Source: a virus
Lineage: Duplodnaviria; Caudoviricetes
Direction: 5' to 3' (one strand)
DNA length: 64,000 nucleotides
IMG/VR virus record: IMGVR_UViG_3300001594_000003
Coordinates: 32,001-96,000 of that record
Shown: positions 37,976 through 47,353 of the stretch, one piece after another
Layout of the letters: every line of letters begins with the position of its first letter
Position numbering within the stretch: the first letter of the stretch is position 1
Translations under genes and position numbers: made by a program
The notes under the pieces: model-generated
The model's input: the letters and a program-made list of their open reading frames with translations, nothing else
What the model was told of the DNA's origin: nothing
Database searches by the model: none

Positions 37976-38956
37976 ATGGCTGGAAAAATGATCAAGCGGA
38001 CTAAGATTCAAAGCCTTAGTTCCCTCGCCTCTTCTCTGTTCGCAGACTTCAAAGAGTGCGGCCTCACCCAGGTTCTGCCGATTACTGGTCAAAACTTCAC
38101 ACCGACTGCCGGTGCTGGTAAGTTTGTTCTGGAGTCGTCCGCAACTGTAAACCCGCTGCAATCCACTCAACCTTGGCGCTTGTCGCTGGAGCTGAAAGGT
38201 GCTACGACTTTCGGTGGCTCTATCAGCATGGCTATCGCTAACCCGCAGCAGATTGACAACAACGGCGTAGTGTCTAAGTACCCGTTCAACACTACTGGCA
38301 CCAACAACACCATGGGCCAGCTGGGTAAGAACTACAACGAGCCGAGTAAGCTCGGAGACGTGTTCATTGACCGTACCAATTCGGTCAACCCGTACGACGC
38401 CGGTACCACAATGTCCTACATCATGATCGCCACTGCGCGCGGCCTTGGTCTGTTTGTGTGGGAAGAAGGTACGGACAGCAAGCCGAAGTTCTCTTGGTTC
38501 TTCTTGCAGACTCCTGTAGACAAAGAAAACGGTGCTCCTCTGTTGAATGCCAACAGCCCGATCTTCTGCGTCTTCTCTTGTGACAACACCTCCCCACTCA
38601 AGTACATCGTGAGTGAGTCGGATGTGTTCCGTCCTACTCCGGCGGTACCTGCGGATACTGACGGCTTGAACAGCACTGCCATCCTGAACTCGAAAGAGCA
38701 GGTTGCAATCGCCAAGGGCAACAAGTATCTGATCACGTTCCCGAATCGCCTGAACACCGAGCGCTATGCGTACACCGAAGAGCTTGATATGTTCGCCTAC
38801 ACCAGCGCTGATGTTATCGCTGACGAATCGGAAATCGCTATCCGCCCTTACGGTGAAACTACAGATCGCATCTACCGCGCCATGAAGGCCAACGGTAATG
38901 ACAACACAGGTATGCGACTGATGATGCTCATTTCCGGCGGTGGCATCACTGCTTAA
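37976..38956 (+). CDS. cassette protein A1 (probable major appendage subunit)
   Basis: Paralog of 45193 and 46224 (GAGKFVLES, FPNRLNT.RYAYTEELD); biased codons. Confidence 0.8.
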   Translation: MAGKMIKRTKIQSLSSLASSLFADFKECGLTQVLPITGQNFTPTAGAGKFVLESSATVNPLQSTQPWRLSLELKGATTFGGSISMAIANPQQIDNNGVVSKYPFNTTGTNNTMGQLGKNYNEPSKLGDVFIDRTNSVNPYDAGTTMSYIMIATARGLGLFVWEEGTDSKPKFSWFFLQTPVDKENGAPLLNANSPIFCVFSCDNTSPLKYIVSESDVFRPTPAVPADTDGLNSTAILNSKEQVAIAKGNKYLITFPNRLNTERYAYTEELDMFAYTSADVIADESEIAIRPYGETTDRIYRAMKANGNDNTGMRLMMLISGGGITA

Positions 38957-38972
38957 TCTTGAGTAAAGGAGG

Positions 38973-39004
38973 GGGGCTAAGGTTTTCGATCTTAGCCCCT
39001 TTTT
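38973..39004 (+). terminator. intrinsic terminator between A1 and B1
   Basis: ggggctaag/cttagcccc plus T-tract. Confidence 0.85.
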
Positions 39005-39021
39005 GCGTTTTGGAGCCCATT

Positions 39022-42000
39022 ATGTTCATACCTGCCAGTTTGGCTTTGGGTGCTGCATACGTTGATCTAGCCATCGATGTTAGTGGAACTCTAGTAGCGG
39101 ATTGCTCCGTTACGTATATGGGAATGGAATACGGTCCTGGAGTTGAGATTCCGGTAGAGCGAACGCGCACTGCACGCTTGAGTACGATTGTCACGGACTA
39201 TGCGGAAATCTCCGTTGTCTTAGCAGGCAAGCAACACTATTGGTGTGTCGATATACCTAGAACGTTGCAGTACGTTGACGATGACGCCTACAAACGTATC
39301 ACAGGCTCAGCGTACGGCGGTATCGTCAATACCGGTAACGGCTCAGTCATTCCATTCTCCCCAACGCCCGAGTTCGCGGGCGGCGACGTAGTTGCTACAT
39401 TAGACTACACGCGCAAGACCGTCTGGTTCACGAATGCTCAAAACCAAGTCAAGAATCTGATTCTCGACGAGGCTCCTGTGGCTGCCATCTTCCTGCCTCG
39501 TTGGAGTTACGTGGAAAGTATTCCAACCGTGTGTTACGTGGTAACGGCTTCTAAGATTCATCGCCTAGACGCTACGTTCAACATCGCTGAGACAGTTACT
39601 ATTGCATTTGGCACAGGTGTAATTGCAGCTTCTGGTGATGTTAATGGTCGGATTGTTTTGGCGTACACGAATCGTCTTGTAGTAGCCAACACAGATGGGT
39701 CTACTGTAACGAATTACGGAGCGTTCAGCGGATATCACTCGCTGTTTGTTGCGCCGGATAACACCTACGTCGTCGGCTGCGATGCTGGCGTTGTGTTTTT
39801 CACCTACACAACAGGCTGGAACTATCAGATCGTCTCTCCGTCTGCAGGTAGATTTTGGAGTTTCGACGTAAACGAAAACTATCTGTACACTGCGGATGCA
39901 GGGAATCGCTGTGTAATACGTACCGATCTGAGTACACGCGCCAACCACACTGCCTACTTCGACAAGATCCCGCGCGACGTAGTGGCAAACGGTGATGATG
40001 TATACGTCTCGTTCTTGAACGATGCAACATGCCGAAAGTACAACAGAGCACTTACAGAGTTCATCGAAGTGCCTGCCGTACGATCCTTTGGCGCCATCTT
40101 CTTCAATGGTAACTATCTAGTATCGAGTCTGTATAGCGATGCGAATGATGTGACCAAGACAGAGCCTTCGGCACCTGCGGTTCTGATTGAAAACCTTGAC
40201 CTTCCACATAACACCGCGTTTGGTCGTAATTATACCGTGACCTGGCCTCGTCCAGAGTTTGTAAGAGTTACACCATCTATATCGACTGTTACCAAGAACG
40301 GCAGTCCATTTACTGAAGGTTATTTGCGCAACGGCGACATTATTCGGGTGACAGACCCAGCGCACGGTGCGTGGTATGACGATACTGTAACTCACCTGTT
40401 TGGCCGTCGCATTACTACATTCAGAGCACGCACTGAGCCTAAGCTATTCCCTGATCGGTACACTGTACCTACTATCCTACGGGCGTTGCCTCGCGAGACG
40501 TATTATGATCAGTTCGTAGTGACCGGTATGACCTACGGGTTCAGCGTCAATATTTCCACAGAATCACTCGATATCTCGTTCGCCGTGAATGACGGCCCAA
40601 TCGGAAAGACTGGCGTCATAAAGAACGATGACATTATTAGGGTCGAAGGCGCCATCAAGAACCTTATTGCCATTCGCGTTGAGCATCTGATACTTACGCA
40701 ACACAATAAAGAAGTTGCAGGTTGGCTTCTTTTGCCGATGTTACTTGAAGGTGTCACCCTAGCGGAGAACACTGCCATCTCGAAGAATCGGTATGGCGAT
40801 CAGGCTGTGTATGATGGTCCAGAAGAGGTTTCAACCGAGACTCTCTTTGGCCCCTATTCGCAGACCTTGGTGCACTCTCAGGATAGCTACGCTGCGATGG
40901 GCGGTCAAGCAGTTCTCGTTTCGGTTGACCTAACTTGTCATGCCTCTGGTTGCCCTACGACTGGAATAACGCTAACGCAGGCTGCGCAACAATACGCCTC
41001 AAGCAGTTTCATTGCCGCAACAGAGGGCCTGCTTGCCTGTTCAACCACGGAACACGCAGTCGAAGACGCTTCGTTCCTGCGTTCGTATACGCGAAGTGTG
41101 TTCTCTGCGTCAACTCGTGGTATCATTGGTCCAACCGATGTTCGTTATGCACAAAGCACTACGGCCAATATTGGCACACAACGAAGTTCACTGGAGCTCG
41201 CCGTAACAACCTTCGACGTTAGCCTAAATAGCAAAACGTCAGCTATCTCGGCAGTATACGACTCCTACAATACGGACTCTTATGAGATAGTTGCGGAGTA
41301 TCGACCGCGCACACTCAGCACTGTGTTCTCCGAACATATGCCGTATGAGACGAGAACCCTGTACGCCTACGTAGAGCAGATGCCAGTCACGCTTCGGTTT
41401 ACCTGCTATAACACACATAGTCAGAATACAGTAGGCATGTTGTTGAATGATGTGTCGGTGTTTAAGAACGCCGCGACGCACCAAATGCACATTCTACATA
41501 CGCAGGCCGAGTTTGTCTCATCCGTTGATACGTTCTGGAAGTATCCTGTCTTAGAGTTTGCGGCTGCGGCACATCGCCGTCTCAGTGGACGCACGGATAA
41601 GTGGAGTTCGACAGGTCAGCGGCGCGGATCACTTGATAGATATCGCATCGATACAACAAGTCAATTGAGTGATTCTGACTCCAGTCGATTCTACATCGAC
41701 ACTATTGTCGATCTTCGTCATGGGTTGATCCGTACTGAGATATCCACATCGTATGTGTTGCGTCCATCAAAGGAACTCTACGGAGTTCACTCTGTATTTG
41801 AACGGCAAGCTAGATCAACCCGTCACGAGGCAACACCTGCGTTCGAGCTTCGGTCCACCAACTCAATGCAGGTAATCGAAGCGCCCCAGCGCGTCTTCGT
41901 TCACTCGTCTCGTGATGAGTACACGCTGGCTGATGTTATTAGCGGGTTTGGCAGTCGCGCGGAAGCCGAGGCTTACGCCACGTCGATCAACGTCGCAGGT

Positions 42001-42135
42001 GTTGCAGTGTACAAGCAGATCAACGGCAAGTGGGTATTCACTACGCCGCCCATTGCGAATGCTGCCGTCTGCGGCATTACAACCGCACCCACGTTGTCTG
42101 GTATGCAACGCAGAGGCTATATTGGAGGTGGCTAG
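39022..42135 (+). CDS. cassette protein B1 (beta-propeller-like N-half, beta-rich C-half)
   Basis: Start MFIPAS with GGAG SD; paralog of 47354 (RTEPKLFP, GMT.GFSV, GY.GGG end). Confidence 0.75.
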   Translation: MFIPASLALGAAYVDLAIDVSGTLVADCSVTYMGMEYGPGVEIPVERTRTARLSTIVTDYAEISVVLAGKQHYWCVDIPRTLQYVDDDAYKRITGSAYGGIVNTGNGSVIPFSPTPEFAGGDVVATLDYTRKTVWFTNAQNQVKNLILDEAPVAAIFLPRWSYVESIPTVCYVVTASKIHRLDATFNIAETVTIAFGTGVIAASGDVNGRIVLAYTNRLVVANTDGSTVTNYGAFSGYHSLFVAPDNTYVVGCDAGVVFFTYTTGWNYQIVSPSAGRFWSFDVNENYLYTADAGNRCVIRTDLSTRANHTAYFDKIPRDVVANGDDVYVSFLNDATCRKYNRALTEFIEVPAVRSFGAIFFNGNYLVSSLYSDANDVTKTEPSAPAVLIENLDLPHNTAFGRNYTVTWPRPEFVRVTPSISTVTKNGSPFTEGYLRNGDIIRVTDPAHGAWYDDTVTHLFGRRITTFRARTEPKLFPDRYTVPTILRALPRETYYDQFVVTGMTYGFSVNISTESLDISFAVNDGPIGKTGVIKNDDIIRVEGAIKNLIAIRVEHLILTQHNKEVAGWLLLPMLLEGVTLAENTAISKNRYGDQAVYDGPEEVSTETLFGPYSQTLVHSQDSYAAMGGQAVLVSVDLTCHASGCPTTGITLTQAAQQYASSSFIAATEGLLACSTTEHAVEDASFLRSYTRSVFSASTRGIIGPTDVRYAQSTTANIGTQRSSLELAVTTFDVSLNSKTSAISAVYDSYNTDSYEIVAEYRPRTLSTVFSEHMPYETRTLYAYVEQMPVTLRFTCYNTHSQNTVGMLLNDVSVFKNAATHQMHILHTQAEFVSSVDTFWKYPVLEFAAAAHRRLSGRTDKWSSTGQRRGSLDRYRIDTTSQLSDSDSSRFYIDTIVDLRHGLIRTEISTSYVLRPSKELYGVHSVFERQARSTRHEATPAFELRSTNSMQVIEAPQRVFVHSSRDEYTLADVISGFGSRAEAEAYATSINVAGVAVYKQINGKWVFTTPPIANAAVCGITTAPTLSGMQRRGYIGGG

Positions 42136-42665
42136 TGCTCACATCTAACGTGTTTCGTCACGCTAAGCCGAGCATTAACGCGATAAACGTTTTTGTTCGG
42201 CAAGTTACAGTGGCAGTTCAGACACAAACTTTTACGGACCGTCTTGCGATGGCTCCAATTAACCGTGGACTGTTTGATGTTATAGACAGTTCTGGGATTC
42301 TTCTGAACCGCGCAGAAGGCTTTGAACCTGATTATTGGTTTGAAGACGGATACCTAGTTACACGTTATGCCGGGACGTACACGCTGCGCGTCTTCGATAA
42401 CATCATGCCTTTTGATAGTTGTGAGATTAAGGTCGGCAATCGAATGGTACCGTCTAACGGAGGTGCGTTCTCCGTCAAGATTCCATTCTGGCCGCAGATC
42501 GTATCTCAGTCAAACAATGGGCTCGCCAGAGTGTCCAACGATGGTAAACACATCGCTTACGCTTCACAAGGATACGTCGGACAGGACACATTCTCCTATC
42601 GTATGGTGAATGCTTACGGTCAAGTCAGTGAACCTGAGTGTATCAACGTGACTGCCGTGCGTTGA
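42135..42665 (+). CDS. cassette protein C1 (C-terminal Ig/cadherin-like domain)
   Basis: GTG start overlapping TAG; paralog of 50413 (VFRHAKP, PFWPQI, FSYR.VNA.GQVSEP). Confidence 0.8.
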   Translation: MLTSNVFRHAKPSINAINVFVRQVTVAVQTQTFTDRLAMAPINRGLFDVIDSSGILLNRAEGFEPDYWFEDGYLVTRYAGTYTLRVFDNIMPFDSCEIKVGNRMVPSNGGAFSVKIPFWPQIVSQSNNGLARVSNDGKHIAYASQGYVGQDTFSYRMVNAYGQVSEPECINVTAVR

Positions 42666-42671
42666 TTTCGT

Positions 42672-42687
42672 AGAACAGGGACGTTCT
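42672..42687 (+). promoter_or_regulatory. CsrA/RsmA-consensus hairpin
   Basis: AGAAC-AGGGAC-GTTCT; contains CANGGAYG; intergenic leader. Confidence 0.55.
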
Positions 42688-42713
42688 CCTATTACACAAT
42701 CGGATCCGTTTTT

Positions 42714-45110
42714 ATGTTGACCAATTTGCCGATACTTAGCCCAAAGAAACTACTCACGACCATGCCGACGTTCAACATTGACGTTGTGGCTTCGGTCGAT
42801 GAGGGAAGCATATTCACAGCAACTATACGTACCACGAAACTGTCCAACGGTACCGTATTGGCTTATCGATTCGTCGGAGACATTGACGCTGCTGATATTG
42901 TAGGTAGCCTCACAGGCTCCGTAACAGTCAGCAACAACGTAGCAACTGTGACACGCACCATAGCGCGTGACGCTAGAACTGAAGGACCTAAAGTTCTTAC
43001 GTTTGAGGTCCTAGCGAATAACTCTATTGCTGTCTTAGCTAGGCTGCATACTGTAATCAATGACACCTCGCTTGATCCAACCTACAGCATTACACCCAAC
43101 ATCACCTCGGTATCGGAGGGTGAATCTGTAACATTCACCCTGAACACCACTGACGTGTTTGATGGTTCGACACTGCACTGGACCACTTTGTCGGATTCGT
43201 TGACAGTGGATGACTTTGCAGACGCTCGGTTGTCTGGGTCACTCACCATCACAGGCAACCGAGGCACAATCGTTCGACCCATAGCGTATGATAACGCAAC
43301 AGACGACGCAGAGTTTCGCATAGAGATTCGCACTGGTTCCATAGGGGGGCCGGTCGTCCTCACTAGCGAGCCCGTTGCCGTAAATGACTACAATATGAGC
43401 ATTGGTCAGGCAGCTTACACTGAGCCCGGTACGTATGAGTTTGTAGTGCCTACTGGTGTACCTTACCTATCGGCCGTTGTTATTGGCGGTGGCGCTAGTG
43501 CCGGTGGAAGTGGTGGAGTGCGTCCCGGCACCGGAGGTGGTGCAGGCGCTTTGCGGTTCAGAAATAAAATACCCGTAATATCAGGAGAAACACTAACAGT
43601 AGAAGTCGGCGCAGGCGGCGAGCCGATAGTAGGTGAAGTTGACGGCAAGCCCGGCCTAAGAAGTGCTATTCGCAGAGCATCTACTGATCTTGTCTATGCA
43701 AATGGAGGCTCGCCGGGCAGTCGTGGGTTAGCTTCTACCCAAACTACAGTTCGAGCGTACAATAGTTGGACCTCTACCAACACTAATCACGGTTCAAGTT
43801 CCTCCGGTGGCTACAGCCTCACGATGCGTAAGGACGAGCAGTTAAGAATAGCCTGCGGCGTTTCGTCCGAGTCTGGTTTCGATTTTATGACCGTGACTGT
43901 GAATAGCAATCAAGTTTATAGGCAGTCTGGTAGCAACTCACAAGTAGTAACATGGACTGCAACCAACGACGGTCAAGTATATATTTCCTGGACATACTCT
44001 AAGGACGGCTCCATTAGTAGGGGATCAGATCGTGGCTGGATCAGCTACATAGATCATCTAAAGTATGTTTCCAGCACTAATGGTGGGATTGGCGGTTCTG
44101 GGTCTTCTTTAGGTGGTGATGTAGGTGGATACAATGGAGGCAAGGGAGGTGATTCTAACGACACGACGCCGGGTGCAGGTGGTGGTACCGGTGGTTATAC
44201 CGATGTAGGTGCACCCGGTCAAGGGAACAACAACACCAACGTATCCTCGGTTACGGGCGGCGATGGTGGTACTATTGTTGATGGTAACGGTATGGGAGGT
44301 GGCGGCGCCGATCTGTTCGGTATTCAAGCAGAACGGTCGCCTCGTTCCACATCAAGCGATACCGTAGACGGCAAAGACTTTGGTGCTGGCGGTGGCGCAC
44401 GCAAAAGCGCAGAATCCTCACTACCGAGCGGCAAGGGAGGTAAAGGTGCAGTGCGTATCATTTGGGGATTCAATCGAATCTTCCCTAGTGCAGGTATGGA
44501 AGACCAAGACCCGATAACGTACACGCCGCCTATACCTAGTGATGATTCCAATCCTTGGCTATTAGCTGGGGACGATCAGCTTGGTTGGTATGGTGAAGTT
44601 TCCGCAGCTGACTTCATCACTGGCGATGCTCTTGCGTCACTTGTAAATCTCACTGCAGGTTCAAGTATCAACTCTGCACATGGTTGGTTGAAGTTTGCGT
44701 ATAAGGGCAAAACACTTCTTACCTCAAAGCGGCCGTTGAGGTCTACCATATCGTGGAATGATCTAAACGCCAGAGCACTAATAACAGGCAACACGGTTGT
44801 TTCCATCAATGGCCTGCAGTACAAGGTACGTCTGTTCTTCGGTAACACCGGTCTTGAGTGGGATGATCTGATGTATCGTGTGTGGGAAAATGACCCAACA
44901 GGCACGTTCTGGGAACGGTATACTTCTGTTGATCTAGTGGCAACTAATCCGGGTAGTGACCCAGGTCGAGATAACTGGTGCCAAGAGTCTGCAGGTACAG
45001 GCACATACCGTACTCGCGGTAACGGCGGTATGCAGGGGTACTATGACGGTTCTGCCGCGTCCGCGGATAGCGGTCGAGGATGGAGACCTGTTCTTGAACT
45101 GGTGCAGTAA
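42714..45110 (+). CDS. mosaic tail-fibre-like protein (Calx-beta-like repeats, Gly-rich domain, phiKZ-type C-terminal domain)
   Basis: SV.EG....FT..TT repeats; GGGG motifs; GWYGEV...GWLKF...GWRPVLEL. Confidence 0.7.
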   Translation: MLTNLPILSPKKLLTTMPTFNIDVVASVDEGSIFTATIRTTKLSNGTVLAYRFVGDIDAADIVGSLTGSVTVSNNVATVTRTIARDARTEGPKVLTFEVLANNSIAVLARLHTVINDTSLDPTYSITPNITSVSEGESVTFTLNTTDVFDGSTLHWTTLSDSLTVDDFADARLSGSLTITGNRGTIVRPIAYDNATDDAEFRIEIRTGSIGGPVVLTSEPVAVNDYNMSIGQAAYTEPGTYEFVVPTGVPYLSAVVIGGGASAGGSGGVRPGTGGGAGALRFRNKIPVISGETLTVEVGAGGEPIVGEVDGKPGLRSAIRRASTDLVYANGGSPGSRGLASTQTTVRAYNSWTSTNTNHGSSSSGGYSLTMRKDEQLRIACGVSSESGFDFMTVTVNSNQVYRQSGSNSQVVTWTATNDGQVYISWTYSKDGSISRGSDRGWISYIDHLKYVSSTNGGIGGSGSSLGGDVGGYNGGKGGDSNDTTPGAGGGTGGYTDVGAPGQGNNNTNVSSVTGGDGGTIVDGNGMGGGGADLFGIQAERSPRSTSSDTVDGKDFGAGGGARKSAESSLPSGKGGKGAVRIIWGFNRIFPSAGMEDQDPITYTPPIPSDDSNPWLLAGDDQLGWYGEVSAADFITGDALASLVNLTAGSSINSAHGWLKFAYKGKTLLTSKRPLRSTISWNDLNARALITGNTVVSINGLQYKVRLFFGNTGLEWDDLMYRVWENDPTGTFWERYTSVDLVATNPGSDPGRDNWCQESAGTGTYRTRGNGGMQGYYDGSAASADSGRGWRPVLELVQ

Positions 45111-45115
45111 CGAAG

Positions 45116-45122
45116 TAATTTA
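45116..45122 (+). promoter_or_regulatory. putative late promoter TAATTTA
   Basis: Intergenic, upstream of A2. Confidence 0.6.
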
Positions 45123-45192
45123 AACACAGAGTAGTGAAGTCGCGTTTGTGATTCTCAACTCTCAATCAAGGTTCATATACGGAGAAATACCA

Positions 45193-46185
45193 ATGCCTGG
45201 TAAAATTTACAAGCGTGAGAAGTTGCAGTCGCTTACCGAACTGGCCTCTTCCCTCTTCACGGACATGAAAGCTGCTGGCCTGATGCAAGTGCTGCCGGCT
45301 ACCGGCCAGAACTTCACACCGACTGCAGGTGCTGGCAAGTTTGTGCTGGAGTCCGTTGCTGCAATCAACCCTGTTCAAGCCAAACAGCCGTGGCGTATCC
45401 TCGTAGACCTCGAAGGCGCTACTGCGTTCAACGGCCGTCTGCGCATCGCCATTGCCAACCCGCAGCAGATCACCAACGCTGGCGGCACTTCTTCCTTCCC
45501 GGGTGCAACTGACACTACTGGTGCACGCATCATGGGTCAACTGGGTTCTGCCTGGAACAAGACTACCGGCGGTGCACTGGGCGATTGCTTCGTTACTCGC
45601 AACATCACCAACCGTACTTACGACGCTGGTACCACTCTGTCGTATCTGCTGGTCGCAACCAACCGCGGCCTGAGTCTGATGGTGTGGGAAGACGCATCCG
45701 ATGCTGCTCCTGTCTACTCGTTCTTCTCGATCCAGAGCCCTGTCAACAAACAAGACGGCTCGCCGCTGACTGACCTCAACAGCCCGATCTTCGTAGTCTA
45801 CGACTGCGACAACACCGGCATGAAGAAGTTTGTGGTTTCGGAAAGCGACGTGTTCCGCCCGACTCAGAGCAAACCTGCTGACAAGGACACCACAAACAGC
45901 GCTGCGATCATCAACTCCACTGAGCAAGTCGCAATCGCTCGTGGTAACAAGTATCTGGTGACTTTCCCGAATCGCCTGAACACTGACCGTTACGCTTACA
46001 CCGAGGAACTGGATCAGTTCGCCTACACTTCGGCTGACGTAATCGGTGAAGAATCCGAGATTTCTGTCACTGTCTACGGTGAAGCCACTCCGCGTGTCTA
46101 TCGCGCAATGAAGGCAAACGGTGCCGACAACGTCGGTATGCGTCTCCTGATGTTGGTAGAAGGCGGCGGCGTACCTGCAGTCTAA
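45193..46185 (+). CDS. cassette protein A2
   Basis: Start MPGKIY with GGAG SD; paralog of A1/A3; very biased codons. Confidence 0.8.
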   Translation: MPGKIYKREKLQSLTELASSLFTDMKAAGLMQVLPATGQNFTPTAGAGKFVLESVAAINPVQAKQPWRILVDLEGATAFNGRLRIAIANPQQITNAGGTSSFPGATDTTGARIMGQLGSAWNKTTGGALGDCFVTRNITNRTYDAGTTLSYLLVATNRGLSLMVWEDASDAAPVYSFFSIQSPVNKQDGSPLTDLNSPIFVVYDCDNTGMKKFVVSESDVFRPTQSKPADKDTTNSAAIINSTEQVAIARGNKYLVTFPNRLNTDRYAYTEELDQFAYTSADVIGEESEISVTVYGEATPRVYRAMKANGADNVGMRLLMLVEGGGVPAV

Positions 46186-46223
46186 CGAGCAGGATAACGC
46201 TTTCAATCTTACGGAGATAAAAC

Positions 46224-47291
46224 ATGCCTGGTAAAATCTACACTCGCGGCAAGATTCAGTCGCTCGGTGCTCTGCTTACTGCAATGCACGAAGACTTCAA
46301 ACTAGCCGGCTTCAAATCCATTCTTCCTGCTGCCGATGCTCAGCTTACGCTGACAGCCGGCGTAGGTAAGTTCGTCCTCGAATCTGACGCAGCGTTCAAC
46401 CCTGTTCAGGCCAAGCAAGCGTATCGCATTTTCGTGGAGACCTTCACTTCCGAAGGTGGTACCTCGATGCGCGTCGCTATCGCCAGTCCCGAACAGATCA
46501 GCGATACTGGAGAAGTAGCTTCGTTCCCGTACGAAGATACATACTGGGGAAGCGGTACGAGTCAAGTTGTTGCTACATACCAAGGTGAATACACCATGGG
46601 GCAACTCGGCAAGAAGTTCAAGCCGATGGCTCAACGAGAAGCTAACGGCTCTACTTCTCCTGCCATGCCTGGACTGCAACGCGGTGATGTGTTCATCGCT
46701 CGTGACGGTGTTTACGGACAGAACTACGACACCGGCTCTACCATGAGCTACGTGCTGAGCGTTAGTGGCCACGGCGTTGTGTTCTACGTTTGGGAAGACA
46801 CCAGCGACAAGGCTCCACTGTACAGCTTCTTCGCAGTACAGAGTCCAGTGAACAAAGACACCGGCGCTGCTCTGGTCGACCTGAACAGCCCGATCTTCTG
46901 CGTGTTCGATTGTGACAACACTGGCATCAAGAAGTTTGTGGTCAACGAAGCAGACACAGCTCGTCCTACTGTTGCAGTTGCTGCTGACCAAGACACCATC
47001 AACAGTTCCGCTATCGTCAACTCGGCTGAACAAGTTGCGATCAAGCGGGGCAACAAGTACCTGGTGACTTTCCCGAATCGTATCAATACGGATCGCTACG
47101 CCTACACCGAAGAACTGGATATGATTGCATACACCAGTGCTGACGTGATCGGCGAAGAAGCCATGATCCCTGTGCGTATCTACGGCGAAACCAGCGATCG
47201 TATCTACCGTGCAATGAAGGCCAATGGTCCGAACAACACAAAGATGCGTCTGCTTGTGCTCGTTGAAGGCGGCGGCATCCCCTCCGTCTAA
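46224..47291 (+). CDS. cassette protein A3
   Basis: Paralog with central insertion. Confidence 0.8.
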   Translation: MPGKIYTRGKIQSLGALLTAMHEDFKLAGFKSILPAADAQLTLTAGVGKFVLESDAAFNPVQAKQAYRIFVETFTSEGGTSMRVAIASPEQISDTGEVASFPYEDTYWGSGTSQVVATYQGEYTMGQLGKKFKPMAQREANGSTSPAMPGLQRGDVFIARDGVYGQNYDTGSTMSYVLSVSGHGVVFYVWEDTSDKAPLYSFFAVQSPVNKDTGAALVDLNSPIFCVFDCDNTGIKKFVVNEADTARPTVAVAADQDTINSSAIVNSAEQVAIKRGNKYLVTFPNRINTDRYAYTEELDMIAYTSADVIGEEAMIPVRIYGETSDRIYRAMKANGPNNTKMRLLVLVEGGGIPSV

Positions 47292-47298
47292 GTAACAC

Positions 47299-47336
47299 AA
47301 TGGGGCTAAGATCATCGTGTCTTTAGCCCCATTTTT
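47299..47336 (+). terminator. intrinsic terminator between A3 and B2
   Basis: aatggggctaa/ttagccccatt plus T-tract; homologous to 38973 hairpin. Confidence 0.85.
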
Positions 47337-47353
47337 GGTTCATGGAGCATGCC

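Noticed and set aside
38959-39021. Upstream start extensions in the ORF track (38959, 42030, 45148, 47342, 7580, 24618, 61132, 61445)
   Set aside because: Paralog alignment, SD position or overlap with terminators supports the downstream starts used here.
44900-45110. C-terminus GWRPVLEL resembling a DGR target (C-type lectin fold) variable region
   Set aside because: No template repeat differing at adenines and no reverse transcriptase seen in the window.
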